Positions 20,032 to 30,277 are shown, counted from the stretch's first letter. The stretch: 64,000 bases of DNA from Acidobacteriota bacterium (GCA_965205505.1 CBDBHB010000009.1:1312001-1376000), one strand, 5' to 3'. Translations and numbers: made by a program. Notes: generated by a model not told the origin, from the sequence alone.

Positions 20032-20227
20032 GGCGTCGTCTCCAGAGGCGATAACGCTACTGCTTCCGGGCGGTTCGGGTATGCGGTCGCGGATGGACGC
20101 AGGTCGGTGCGCGTGCCGGAGATCGGCACCGGCTCCGTCTACCAGGCCGCCGTGCTCGGCGAGCTGGGCTCGGTGGTACCCAAGAGCGTCACCTGCAAGT
20201 TCTTCAACGAGGCGAGCAACTGACGGG

Positions 20228-20917
20228 TCAGGGCGTATCGACGGCCTCGATGCGGATTCTCTCGCCCACCCAGACGCCGCGGACGGCGACGCGCTGCCCG
20301 GCGTGGGCCCGGAGCTCCGCCTCGAACTCCTCGGCGTTGGTGAACTCGACGGCGAGCCTGTGGCGGCGGCCGACGATCAGCGCCAGGTCCTGAGGCGAAT
20401 CGACGCGGCCGATGACCCAACCTGCGGGGTCGGGGTGGTCGTCGGGAGGCTGTAGGTCAGTGCGGTGGCCGATGATGCCGGTGCGCGTGAAGTGGTACTC
20501 CTCGGGTTCGTCGCCGACATACAGCAGCGTATCGTACTGACGGAAACCGACGATCTGCCGCTCGCCCAGCGGGCTGACGACGGTTCCTCCGATGTCGTCA
20601 CCATCTATGTCGAGTGTGTACTCGTAGGCGCCGGACTTGACCGACATCACGCCGTCGTCGTAGTCGAACCTCTGCGCCGGCAGGAAAACACCGCCGATCG
20701 ATGTGATCTCGGCCTGAAGCTCGCCGTCGACCTCCTGGACCCGCAGCAGCACCGTGCGGATGCCACCCGTAGCCCGGTTCGTCAGATCGCCGGATTTCAG
20801 GTTCCACATGCCCGTAGGGTCGACGGAGGCCGAGCCCGAGCAGGCACCGGCTACCAGCGCTGCTGCCCCGAGACCCGCTAAGGCGACACCAGCTCCAGAG
20901 CGCCGGCCGAAGATCAT
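20228..20917 (-). CDS. Hypothetical lipoprotein
   Basis: Lipobox-like VAGAC; overlaps the stop of the upstream monooxygenase-like gene (ATGA). Confidence 0.65.
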   Translation of the reverse strand: MIFGRRSGAGVALAGLGAAALVAGACSGSASVDPTGMWNLKSGDLTNRATGGIRTVLLRVQEVDGELQAEITSIGGVFLPAQRFDYDDGVMSVKSGAYEYTLDIDGDDIGGTVVSPLGERQIVGFRQYDTLLYVGDEPEEYHFTRTGIIGHRTDLQPPDDHPDPAGWVIGRVDSPQDLALIVGRRHRLAVEFTNAEEFEAELRAHAGQRVAVRGVWVGERIRIEAVDTP

Positions 20918-22206
20918 CGCGCCCCGGAGTCAGAGCCCGAAGCGCTCTCGACGTTGTCGGGCACGATGGGCTCCTCGAGCTTCACCCGGTAGTCGAACCA
21001 GCCCTCCATCATCTCGTCGCGGGAATCGGCGCCCCAGATCACCTGCACGGTGGGATCCGGATTCCAGGGATTGCTCGAAGAGTTGTCGAAGTGGGCGACG
21101 ACCTCGAGCTTGGTCCCCTTGGGCATCGGGATCGGCTCTGCGAGCTCGTAGGAGATCTGCCAGTACATGTCGTAGTTGGGCACGTGCAGCAGGATCTCCT
21201 CGGTGCCGTCGGGGTAGATCGCCCGGTACGTCATGTCCTTGCCCCGGTAGTGCATGTGGGGCTTCATCAGCGTGAGCTCGGCGTCGACATCGAAGATGAA
21301 CTCGCCGCGGCTCGTGTAGTTCGGCTCGTGCGGAGGGATCTGCAGCGTCGAGTCGGCAACGACCGACGAGTGGATCGTGTGGCTGATGGGGTTGTCGACG
21401 AGCCACACCGCGACGCGGGACCGATCCCTCTCGACAGTGTTGCTGGGGTGGTAGTGCAATCCGTGGCGCAGCCGGGACCCGGCGGGGATTAGCTTGCCCG
21501 CGCCTTCGGGGAACCGATCCCATTGCTTGCCGGGAACGGCGCTGGCAAGCCGCCCAGACGGATCGTAGGTGCCGTCGGGGCGCATCACGGTGACGACGTT
21601 GTGGTGTACGACACGCGCGTTGCCGCGCACCTCGACGGCCTGCACCCAGATGTCCTCTTCGTGGGTGGTCGGGGCCATGATGTCGATGTTGATATCGGCG
21701 CCGCCGGCCGGCACTTCGAACTCCTCGTCCATCTCGAACACGTAGTCTGGAGGTCCGAGCAGGCCTCCGAGCAGCCAGCCCTCGGGGAACTCGGGTGGGA
21801 TGAAGTCACCCTCTCCGCGCGGCGCTCCCCCGTCGACCCACGCCAGGATCGTCTGCCGCTGCGCGTCGCTCAGCCGGCGATCGTTGCCGAAGTGGCCGTA
21901 GCGTGGGTCGGCGTGCCATGGGGGCATGATGCCCAACTCCACCATCAAGCGAATCGAGTCGGCCCACGGGCGCGCCTCCTCGTAGGTGAGCAGCGACAGC
22001 GGCGCTACTTCGCCCGGCCGATGACAGTTCATGCACTTGACGGCCATGAGAGGTCCGATGTCTTCAGTCCAGGTGGGCGCGCGCTGCTTGGACGAGTCCT
22101 CCTCCAACGCGGCAGGTGTTGCCTGTGCCGCGCCGGCGGCCGGCACTCCGTTCCAGCCGCAAATAGCAACGATCGAACCGATTCCGACCAGCAATGCTCG
22201 CTTCAT
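20914..22206 (-). CDS. Exported heme c + type II copper monooxygenase (PHM/DBH-like) protein, paralogue 1
   Basis: Signal peptide; CMNCH; MPPW; VVHH, LHYH, PHMH and DEMM putative Cu ligands. Confidence 0.8.
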   Translation of the reverse strand: MKRALLVGIGSIVAICGWNGVPAAGAAQATPAALEEDSSKQRAPTWTEDIGPLMAVKCMNCHRPGEVAPLSLLTYEEARPWADSIRLMVELGIMPPWHADPRYGHFGNDRRLSDAQRQTILAWVDGGAPRGEGDFIPPEFPEGWLLGGLLGPPDYVFEMDEEFEVPAGGADINIDIMAPTTHEEDIWVQAVEVRGNARVVHHNVVTVMRPDGTYDPSGRLASAVPGKQWDRFPEGAGKLIPAGSRLRHGLHYHPSNTVERDRSRVAVWLVDNPISHTIHSSVVADSTLQIPPHEPNYTSRGEFIFDVDAELTLMKPHMHYRGKDMTYRAIYPDGTEEILLHVPNYDMYWQISYELAEPIPMPKGTKLEVVAHFDNSSSNPWNPDPTVQVIWGADSRDEMMEGWFDYRVKLEEPIVPDNVESASGSDSGAR

Positions 22207-22368
22207 GGTGCCTCCTCGGAGCTACCGATACCTGAAGATAGCCGTGAAGCCGCCGAGGTGTCCAATGGCGGGGCGGAACAATTACCTCACCTGCGGCTCG
22301 GTAGGGTAGTGTTGCCGGGGTTGCTGCCGGAGTGCGCTGGCTCGCTGCCGTAGGAATCGGAGACGCAG

Positions 22369-22818
22369 GTGACAAAGACGGTCCTCAGCACGTTGGCGGG
22401 AACGCTGGCGCTCGCCGGGGTGACGCTCGCAGCCGACATCGCCGGCTCCGGGACGCCCCAAGCCACGGCCGAGGACGGTGTCTATACGGCCGAGCAGGCC
22501 GATCGGGGCCAGCGCACCTACGTACGCGAGTGCGGTACCTGCCACGGGGTAGATTTGCGCGGCGGCGAGGCCTCCATCGGATTGGTGGGCAGGGACTTCA
22601 TGCACTACTGGGCACAGGAGTCGCTGGGGATCCTGTACGCGATAATTCAGGAGACCATGCCTGAGGATGACCCCGGCCGACTGTCGCCGGGCGAAACGGT
22701 CGACCTCATCGCGATGATCCTGCGTGGCAATGGGTTCCCGCCCGGCGAAGAGGAGCTTGAGGCCGACCCTGACCCTCTGTTCGAGATCCCGCTCACAGCT
22801 GCCCAAGAGCAGCGATGA
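22369..22818 (+). CDS. Class I c-type cytochrome
   Basis: Signal peptide, CGTCH, distal TMP methionine; ATGA overlap with the PQQ enzyme. Confidence 0.88.
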   Translation: MTKTVLSTLAGTLALAGVTLAADIAGSGTPQATAEDGVYTAEQADRGQRTYVRECGTCHGVDLRGGEASIGLVGRDFMHYWAQESLGILYAIIQETMPEDDPGRLSPGETVDLIAMILRGNGFPPGEEELEADPDPLFEIPLTAAQEQR

Positions 22819-24764
22819 GAACGGGTGCGGCCTTCGTGGGAATGGCGTTGCTGCTGGGCTCGGCCATCGCGTCGACCGGCGGAATGCAGTACGGCGCCGG
22901 CGGCGGCGAGTGGCACTACTACGGCGGCGACGCGGCCAGCACCCGCTACGCGCCGCTCGACCAGATCGATCGAGACAACGTGGCGGAGCTGCAGATCGCT
23001 TGGCGTTGGAAGTCCGACAATTACGGTCCGCGGCCGGAGTTTAATTACCGCACCACGCCGCTGATGGTGAACGGCGTGCTGTATGCGACGGCGGGAACGC
23101 GTCGCGCCGTGGTGGCGATCGACGCGGCCACCGGCGAGACGCTGTGGTCGTACCGCATGGACGAAGGGGCGCGCGGCGACACCGCGCCGCGCCCCAACTC
23201 GGGCCGTGGGGTAGCGTACTGGTCGGACGGCGCCGAGGAGGCGATCTTCCTCGTTACGCCTGCCTACCACTTGGTGGCGCTGAGCCCGAAGACCGGGCGA
23301 CCCATGCCGGACTTCGGCATCGATGGAACTGTGGATCTGCGGCGCGGGCTGGACCGCGAGCTCGATGTCGATAAGGCAACCATAGGCTCGAGCTCGCCGG
23401 CCGTCGTGGTGGGCGATGTGGTCGTGGTCGGCAGCGCCTTTCCGGCCGGCGGCAATCCGGCGACCAAGGAGATGCCAGCCGGCCACATTCGCGGCTACGA
23501 CGCGCGAACGGGCGATCGCCTGTGGATCTTCCACACCATTCCCGAGGCCGGCGAGCTCGGCCATGACACCTGGGAGGAGGGCTCCGCCAGCTACACAGGC
23601 AACGTCGGCCAGTGGACGACGTTTTCCGCCGATCCCGAGCTCGGCTACGTGTATGTGCCGCTCGAGGCCCCGACCGGCGACTACTACGGCGGCCACCGCC
23701 CCGGCGACAACCTCTTCTCCCAGAGCCTGGTGTGCCTCGACGCCAGGACCGGCGAGCGCGTCTGGCACTTCCAGACGGTTCGCCACGGCATCTGGGACTA
23801 CGATCTGCCGGCCGCCCCGATCCTGCTCGACATCAACGTCGACGGTCGCTCGATCAAGGCGGTCGCCCAGGTCACCAAGCACGCGTTCACCTTCGTCTTC
23901 GACCGCGTCACCGGCCAGCCCGTATGGCCGATCGACGACCGCCCCGTCCCGCAGACCGATGTCCCCGGTGAGCGCACCGCGGCAACGCAGCCATTTCCGA
24001 CCAAGCCGGCGCCGTTCGATCGTCAGGGTGTCACCATCGATGACCTCATCGACTTCACGCCCGAGCTCTTCGAGGAGGCCAAGGTGCTGGCTTCGGGCTT
24101 CCGCCTCGGACCCCTGTTCACGCCGCCGTCGCTTATCGAGGAGAACGGGACCAAGGGAACCCTGGCGATGCCGGGAAGTGTGGGCGGGGCCAATTGGCCC
24201 AGTGCCGCAGCCGATCCGGAAACCGGCATCTTGTACGTGACCTCGACCACCAAACCGGATGTGTACGGGCTGTGGAGCGATCCCGCGAGCTCCAACATGA
24301 GGTACGTGCAGGGTCGGAGCGTGAGGCTGCCGCAGGGCGGCGGGCCACGCGGGTTGCCGCTAGTCAAGCCACCCTGGGGGCGCATCACTGCCATCGATCT
24401 GAATACCGGCGAGCATGTATGGACGCGACCGAACGGCGACACTCCCGATTATGTTCGTGAGCACCCGGTGCTCCGTGGGCTCGACATCCCGCCGACCGGC
24501 CGCACCGATCGTGGCGCCCCGCTGGTGACCAAGACGCTTCTGTTCGTTGGTGAGGGCTCCGGTCTGTTCGCTGCCTATGGAGGCGGTGGAAACAAGCTCC
24601 GCGCCCACGACAAGCTCTCCGGTGAGGTGCTCGCCGAGATCGAGCTGCCGGCCAATCAGAGCGGGGTGCCGATCACCTACATGCACGACGGCAAGCAGTA
24701 CGTGGTGGTCGCTGTCGGCGCGACCGCGCACGCGGGCGAGCTGGTGGCGTTGGCGCTTGAATAG
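22815..24764 (+). CDS. PQQ-dependent dehydrogenase (glucose/quinate dehydrogenase-like), exported
   Basis: RYAPLDQI, TPLMVNG, HGIWDYDLP, PPWGRITAIDL, PITYMHDGKQY. Confidence 0.9.
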   Translation: MRTGAAFVGMALLLGSAIASTGGMQYGAGGGEWHYYGGDAASTRYAPLDQIDRDNVAELQIAWRWKSDNYGPRPEFNYRTTPLMVNGVLYATAGTRRAVVAIDAATGETLWSYRMDEGARGDTAPRPNSGRGVAYWSDGAEEAIFLVTPAYHLVALSPKTGRPMPDFGIDGTVDLRRGLDRELDVDKATIGSSSPAVVVGDVVVVGSAFPAGGNPATKEMPAGHIRGYDARTGDRLWIFHTIPEAGELGHDTWEEGSASYTGNVGQWTTFSADPELGYVYVPLEAPTGDYYGGHRPGDNLFSQSLVCLDARTGERVWHFQTVRHGIWDYDLPAAPILLDINVDGRSIKAVAQVTKHAFTFVFDRVTGQPVWPIDDRPVPQTDVPGERTAATQPFPTKPAPFDRQGVTIDDLIDFTPELFEEAKVLASGFRLGPLFTPPSLIEENGTKGTLAMPGSVGGANWPSAAADPETGILYVTSTTKPDVYGLWSDPASSNMRYVQGRSVRLPQGGGPRGLPLVKPPWGRITAIDLNTGEHVWTRPNGDTPDYVREHPVLRGLDIPPTGRTDRGAPLVTKTLLFVGEGSGLFAAYGGGGNKLRAHDKLSGEVLAEIELPANQSGVPITYMHDGKQYVVVAVGATAHAGELVALALE

Positions 24765-24909
24765 TCACCGACGAGATCTTCGACGGTTGCGCGCCTGATT
24801 CGATTGACTTCTAGGGCGGCACCGATGACCCTCCGAAAGGAACGTGTGGCGGGAGCTTCGAGCACCGGAGGGGTTCCAGCGCTCAGTGCAGCTCTCCAGG
24901 AGGACCTTC

Positions 24910-25782
24910 GTGCGCAGACCGACATCGGTTGCCATCGTCGTGGCTGCCGGCTTGGTCACCGGGGGCGCAGCAGCGTTGTCGGCGACGCCATCGCCGCAGC
25001 TGCCGTTCGCTCCTGAAAGCGCCGCCGGGATGACGGTCACGCCGGCCTTCGAAGGGTGGTACGAGAACCCGGACGGCACGTTCAGCCTTTCGTTCGGCTA
25101 CTACAATCGCAACACCGAAGAAGAGCTCGAGATCCCCCTCGGCCCGAACAACTTCATCGAGCCGGCCCAGTTCGACGGCGGCCAGCCGTCGCACTTTCAG
25201 CCGCGCCAGAACTGGGGCGTGTTTGCGGTCAAGGTGCCGGCGGACCACGGTGATACGAAGGTCTACTGGACGCTGAAGATCCGCGGCGAGACATTCTCCA
25301 TTCCAGGCCATCTCAGACCTGACTGGCAGATTGACGCACTGGCCGGCGAGGCGGGCTCGGGCAACACGCCGCCGGTGCTCAAGTTTGGCGCCGCCGAGGG
25401 AGCCGGCCCGGCTGGTGTCATGAGCGCCCCGCTGACGGGGTCGGTGGACGAGCCGACGACGCTCACGGTGTGGGCTCACGACGATGGCCGGCCGGCCCCG
25501 AGAATCGCCAGCGCAGGGGTGGATGACGTTCCGATAACTCTCACCTGGTTCAAGCACCAGGGCCCAGGGAACGTGGTTTTCGACCCGCCGACCGCCGAGC
25601 TTCCAGTGAGCGGTGCCGAGATGGCTACGGCGGCGACCTTCAGCGCTCCGGGAGAGTACTTGCTCCGGGTACGAGCTAACGACGCATCTGGATACAGACC
25701 CGGATCTTCCGCCTTCGCGTCCGCCGGGCATGCGCAATGTTGCTGGACCAATGGTTTCGTGAAAGTAACGGTAGATCCGTAG
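24910..25782 (+). CDS. Exported hypothetical protein with PKD/Ig-like C-terminus
   Basis: AGGAGG before GTG 24910; signal peptide; FEGWYENPDG, FGYYNRN, ATFSAPGEY, QCCWTNG. Confidence 0.7.
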   Translation: MRRPTSVAIVVAAGLVTGGAAALSATPSPQLPFAPESAAGMTVTPAFEGWYENPDGTFSLSFGYYNRNTEEELEIPLGPNNFIEPAQFDGGQPSHFQPRQNWGVFAVKVPADHGDTKVYWTLKIRGETFSIPGHLRPDWQIDALAGEAGSGNTPPVLKFGAAEGAGPAGVMSAPLTGSVDEPTTLTVWAHDDGRPAPRIASAGVDDVPITLTWFKHQGPGNVVFDPPTAELPVSGAEMATAATFSAPGEYLLRVRANDASGYRPGSSAFASAGHAQCCWTNGFVKVTVDP

Positions 25783-25798
25783 ACTGCAGGAGAAGATC

Positions 25799-27226
25799 GT
25801 GATGAAGACAACCATGTTCGGTCGTCGCGGAATCGCTGTCGGTGTGATGGGGGTGCTGGCGTTCGCCGGGTTGCTGATCCCTCAAGGGCAGGCGGTATCC
25901 CAAGAGCGGTCGAGCGCTCAGATGGTTGCCGACGCCGCGGTGATGGTGGAAGAGAGCCCGGACGCGATTACCTTCGCCAAGCACGTGGCGCCGATCCTGC
26001 AGCGGAAGTGCCAGGTGTGCCATCAGCCGGATTCCATCGCGCCGATGTCGCTGATGACCTACGACGAGGTGCGAACCTACGCGGCAATGATCAAGGACAG
26101 GGTCGAAAGACGGCAGATGCCACCCTGGCATATCAACCGTTCCGTCGGTATCAAGAAGTTCAAGAACGATCGTGGTCTCACCGCCGATGAGATCGAGACG
26201 ATCGGTGCCTGGGTCGACGCCGGCGCCCCGTTCGGCGCCGCGGCCGACATGCCTCCGCCGGCCGATTTTCCTGATCCGGGTGCCTGGCGGCTGGTTGATG
26301 ACTTCGGCGAGCCCGATCTCATCATTCCGTCGAAGTCGTACACGCTCGCGGCCGTGACCCAGGACAAGTGGTTTCGCCCCCTGACTCCCACAGGCCTGAC
26401 CGAAGCGCGCTGGGTCAAGGCGATCGAGATCCGCCCGGTCGGCAAGGACGCGCGCACGATCATTCACCACGTGCTGGCATTCCTCGAGCAAGAGGAGGAG
26501 GAGGGCGAGATGAGCGCCGGAGCCGTGGTCACCAGCACCCGGGGTGCCATGGGTGGGCCGGGTCTGTTCATGGAGTGGGCGGTCGGGAAGGCGGGCGAGA
26601 TCTTCCCCGAGGGGGCCGGCAAGGTGATGCTGCCGGACTCCAAGATCCGCTGGGAGCTGCACATGCACGCCATTGGCAAGCTGGTCGAGGACGTACAGGT
26701 CGAGCTCGGTGTTTGGTTCCACGACAAAGGCAACGAGCCCAGGAACCGCACCAGGCTCAACTTTCTCGACGCGCGCGGCCGCACCGGCATCGACATCCCC
26801 CCGGGCAAGATCGCGGTCACTCAGCAGCACCATGTCATGCAGTGGCCGGCGCGTCTGGAGAACTTCCAGCCGCACATGCACATGCGCGGCAAGGCGATGC
26901 AGATGTCGGCGATCTACCCCAATGGCCGCGAAGAGATCCTCAGCCTGGTCGACAACTTCAATTGGAACTGGCACATCAACTACATCTACGCCGATGAGGT
27001 CGCGCCGCTGTTGCCTGCCGGCACCACCATCGTCATTACGGCGTGGCACGACAACACGGCTGACAACCCCAATAACCCGGACCCCGAGCAATGGATCGGG
27101 TGGGGCGACCGTACGGTCGACGAGATGGCCCACGCCTGGGTCGATGTGACGTACTTGCAGCAGGAGGAGTACGACGAGATCGTCGACCAGCGACAGGCGG
27201 CCGCGGAGGCGATCAATCCCGAGTGA
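25799..27226 (+). CDS. Exported heme c + type II copper monooxygenase-like protein, paralogue 2
   Basis: CQVCH; MPPW; IIHH, LHMH, PHMH and DEMA motifs. Confidence 0.8.
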   Translation: MMKTTMFGRRGIAVGVMGVLAFAGLLIPQGQAVSQERSSAQMVADAAVMVEESPDAITFAKHVAPILQRKCQVCHQPDSIAPMSLMTYDEVRTYAAMIKDRVERRQMPPWHINRSVGIKKFKNDRGLTADEIETIGAWVDAGAPFGAAADMPPPADFPDPGAWRLVDDFGEPDLIIPSKSYTLAAVTQDKWFRPLTPTGLTEARWVKAIEIRPVGKDARTIIHHVLAFLEQEEEEGEMSAGAVVTSTRGAMGGPGLFMEWAVGKAGEIFPEGAGKVMLPDSKIRWELHMHAIGKLVEDVQVELGVWFHDKGNEPRNRTRLNFLDARGRTGIDIPPGKIAVTQQHHVMQWPARLENFQPHMHMRGKAMQMSAIYPNGREEILSLVDNFNWNWHINYIYADEVAPLLPAGTTIVITAWHDNTADNPNNPDPEQWIGWGDRTVDEMAHAWVDVTYLQQEEYDEIVDQRQAAAEAINPE

Positions 27227-27278
27227 TCCTGGCGCGGCGAGGGGCGCGCTATTCCGAAAAGGGGCGCCTCTCAGGCCA

Positions 27279-27556
27279 CTAGTGGCCTGTAACAGATGAT
27301 CGTTGCATATCGCAGATGGGATTTGCGGGTGAGATCAAGGCGCGGGGAGGAGGGCGATGCAGTGGGCATCGTCGACGAGGCGCAACGCCGATATCGCCCG
27401 CAACTGCCCATCTGTCCGGAGGATGGCGGCGAAATCGGCCCGTCTGCGGCGTTGCTCCTCCTCCAAGATGGGCAAACATCGTCTCGTCGTCGCGCCTGGC
27501 ATCCGGACCCATTTCGCCACCACGATACGCAACGATCATCTGTTAGAGGCCACTAG
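27279..27556. mobile_element. MITE-like structured repeat, copy 2 (uninterrupted, 278 bp)
   Basis: CTAG-bounded ~28-bp TIRs; inverted relative to copy 1; lies between convergent genes and supplies the SDR stop codon. Confidence 0.85.
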
Positions 27557-28377
27557 ACGAGTCCTCCACCACAGATCACCAGCTGGCCGCTGATGTAGTT
27601 GGATTCCGGCGTGCACAGCAGGTACACGGCGCCGGCCGCCTCCTCGGGGGTGCCGGGGCGCCCCAGCGGGATTAGTTGGGGCGCTGCCTCGAGCAGCTGC
27701 CGGTTCGCCCCGGCCTTGATGGTCCGTCCCTCGATCTCGATCTGAGCGTCCTCGTCACCCCAAGGCCTGGTCAGGCGCGTGGAGATCAGCCCGAAGGCGA
27801 CGGCGTTGACGTTGACCTTGTAACGACCCCATTCCTTGGCCATTGCCCGCGTCAGGCCGAGGATACCCGCCTTCGCTGTCGAGTAATTGGCCTGTCCGGC
27901 GCCGCCGCCCGTGCCGGCAATCGAAGAGATGTTGACCACCTTGCGGAGCACTTCCTCACCGGCCGCGGCCTCCGCCTTGGCGGCCGGACGGATGAACTCC
28001 GCTGCGGCACGCAGAATGCGGAACGGCGCGGTCAGGTGGACATCCATGATCGCTTGCCACTGCTCGTCGGACATCTTCTGGATAACACCGTCCCAGGTGT
28101 AGCCGACGTTGTTGACAATGATGTCGAGCCCGCCGTAAGTATCGATCGCCGCGGCCACGAAGCGGCTGCCGAAATCCACATCGGTGACGTTTCGGACGCA
28201 TGCGGTTGCTTCACCGCCGGCCTCGCGGATGCGCGCCACAGTCTCTAGAGCGGGCGCTTCATCGAGGTCATTCACCACCACGCGAGCCCCTTCGCTTGCG
28301 AGCTTGCAAGCGATCGATTCCCCGATACCGCGACCGCTTCCCGAAACCAACGCAACTTTGCCCGACAAGTTGTTCAT
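27553..28377 (-). CDS. SDR oxidoreductase (FabG-like)
   Basis: SGSGRGIG, NNVG, YSTAK. Confidence 0.9.
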   Translation of the reverse strand: MNNLSGKVALVSGSGRGIGESIACKLASEGARVVVNDLDEAPALETVARIREAGGEATACVRNVTDVDFGSRFVAAAIDTYGGLDIIVNNVGYTWDGVIQKMSDEQWQAIMDVHLTAPFRILRAAAEFIRPAAKAEAAAGEEVLRKVVNISSIAGTGGGAGQANYSTAKAGILGLTRAMAKEWGRYKVNVNAVAFGLISTRLTRPWGDEDAQIEIEGRTIKAGANRQLLEAAPQLIPLGRPGTPEEAAGAVYLLCTPESNYISGQLVICGGGLV

Positions 28378-28426
28378 GCTCTCTCTTTCTCTTGGTTATG
28401 AGGTCGTGGCAGATGTCCTGCAGACC

Positions 28427-29194
28427 TTAGCGCGGTGGGGCGAGCATCAGCTGCCGCACGTCCACGGCGAATGAGTAGATCAACAGCAGCAGCGCACCGG
28501 CGCCCAATACCGTCGCCGGGGCCGCCGGAACGACCGGCGCGAGACAGACCAGCAACGTGATGCCCTGAACCACACAGATCGACTTGCGGCGCCGGCTGGG
28601 CGGCAGCTCGCCCCGCAGCGCCGGCCAGATCCAGCCGGCGGCCAAGAAAAGGTAACGGAGGACGCCGATCAGCAGCACCCACCAGCCGACCTTGTTGCTC
28701 GTCCAAACGAGTACCGACAACCCCAGCATGAGGAAGGCATCGAGCTCCATGTCGAAGCGACCACCGAAGTCTGTGCAGGTTCCAGTGCGGCGGGCCAGCC
28801 ATCCGTCGATGCCGTCGAGCGACAAGGCCGCCGCGCCCACCAAGATGATCCACCATTGGGCGCGATTGCCCGATGCCGCCGCCGGGTATAGCGCCAGCGC
28901 AGCCAACGGCATCACCAGTGCAGACCGTCCCAGCGTTACGCGATTTGCAACGCCGGCGCCGGGTGCGGGAAGGTCGGCAGGAACTGCCCGTAGCACCAGC
29001 GCGCATTCGAGCGCGTAGAGTGTCAGCGCAACCAGCACGTAGTCGAGCGTAAGGCCGAGAAGGGTCCGCAAGCCGACTGCCACCGCGAGCATCGGTAGCA
29101 GCCCGAGGGCGAGATCGTTGCGGGCGCGGCGCGCGGGGGTCTTTGACGGTACGGTTGCGCTCACCGGATCCTTGGCGGTAGTCAGAAGCTTCAA
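28427..29194 (-). CDS. CDP-alcohol phosphatidyltransferase family protein
   Basis: ANRVTLGR; DGIDGWLARR...GGRFDMELD. Confidence 0.88.
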   Translation of the reverse strand: MKLLTTAKDPVSATVPSKTPARRARNDLALGLLPMLAVAVGLRTLLGLTLDYVLVALTLYALECALVLRAVPADLPAPGAGVANRVTLGRSALVMPLAALALYPAAASGNRAQWWIILVGAAALSLDGIDGWLARRTGTCTDFGGRFDMELDAFLMLGLSVLVWTSNKVGWWVLLIGVLRYLFLAAGWIWPALRGELPPSRRRKSICVVQGITLLVCLAPVVPAAPATVLGAGALLLLIYSFAVDVRQLMLAPPR

Positions 29195-29218
29195 ACCTGT
29201 TTCGAGAGCGCAAGAACG

Positions 29219-30205
29219 ATGTCAGGAACCCACACCGCTCGCCAGTTTTGGATCGAGGCTCCCGGAAAGGGTGGGATCAGACAGGCACTCCTGCCATCCG
29301 CGGGCGACGGGCAGATACTCGTACGTACCCGCTACTCGGCGATCAGCCGGGGAACGGAGACTCTCGTGTTCCGCGGTGAAGTTCCACCGTCGCAGTACGA
29401 GGCGATGCGAGCCCCCTTCCAGGAAGGCGAATTCCCCGCTCCCATCAAGTACGGCTATATCAGCGTCGGAGAGGTCGTCGAGGGTCGGGAGCCGCTCCTG
29501 GGCCGCAACGTCTTTGCCCTATACCCACACCAGGATCTTTACCGGGTTCCCGCGGGCAGTGTGACACCGTTGCCGGACGGCGTTCCCGTCGAGCGCGCCG
29601 TGTTGGCGGCGAACATGGAAACGGCGGTCAACGCGATGTGGGATGCACTCCCCGGGGTGGGAGACAGGGTGGTTGTCGTTGGCGCCGGCGTTCTGGGCTT
29701 GTTGACGGCCTGGCTGTGCCGGCAGGTGCCGGGCACCGATGTGACGGTGATCGATATCAACCCCGAGCGCGAGACCGTCGCCCGGGAGCTCGGCGTAGCG
29801 TTTCTCGGTGAACCGCCCGACGCCGCGGACGCCGATCTCGTTGTCCACGCCAGCGGCCGCCCCGCGGGGCTCCGCAGCGCGCTGGCAGCGGCCGGAGTGG
29901 AGGGGAAGATCGTCGACGTGAGCTGGTACGGAAGCCTGGATGTCGCGTTGCCGCTCGGAGAAGCGTTCCACTCGCGCCGGCTGACCATCAAGAGCAGCCA
30001 GGTGGGCCGCCTGCCGCCGGAGCGCACCCCGCGTTGGAGCTACCGCCGGCGAATGGAGCTGGCTCTGCGGCTGCTCGCAGACGCGAAGCTCGACGCGCTG
30101 ATTACTGGAGAGAGCGACTTCGAGGATCTGCCCGAGGTGCTCGAGCAGCTCAGTGCGAATCCAGGGGACGCATTGTGCCACCGTATCCGCTATCCGACAT
30201 CTTGA
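29219..30205 (+). CDS. Zinc-binding alcohol dehydrogenase-like (MDR) protein
   Basis: YSAISRGTE, YPHQD, LAANMETAVNA, VGAGVLG, LGEAFHSRRL. Confidence 0.85.
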   Translation: MSGTHTARQFWIEAPGKGGIRQALLPSAGDGQILVRTRYSAISRGTETLVFRGEVPPSQYEAMRAPFQEGEFPAPIKYGYISVGEVVEGREPLLGRNVFALYPHQDLYRVPAGSVTPLPDGVPVERAVLAANMETAVNAMWDALPGVGDRVVVVGAGVLGLLTAWLCRQVPGTDVTVIDINPERETVARELGVAFLGEPPDAADADLVVHASGRPAGLRSALAAAGVEGKIVDVSWYGSLDVALPLGEAFHSRRLTIKSSQVGRLPPERTPRWSYRRRMELALRLLADAKLDALITGESDFEDLPEVLEQLSANPGDALCHRIRYPTS

Positions 30206-30277
30206 ATGCGATGACCTTGTTGGGCCTCGCTCTGGTATAGCCGCAACGGATCGAATCCGACGACGGGAGACACGAGC

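Noticed and set aside
20032-20227. SAM/SAH riboswitch upstream of metF
   Set aside because: No recognisable consensus elements by eye; an Rfam scan would be needed.
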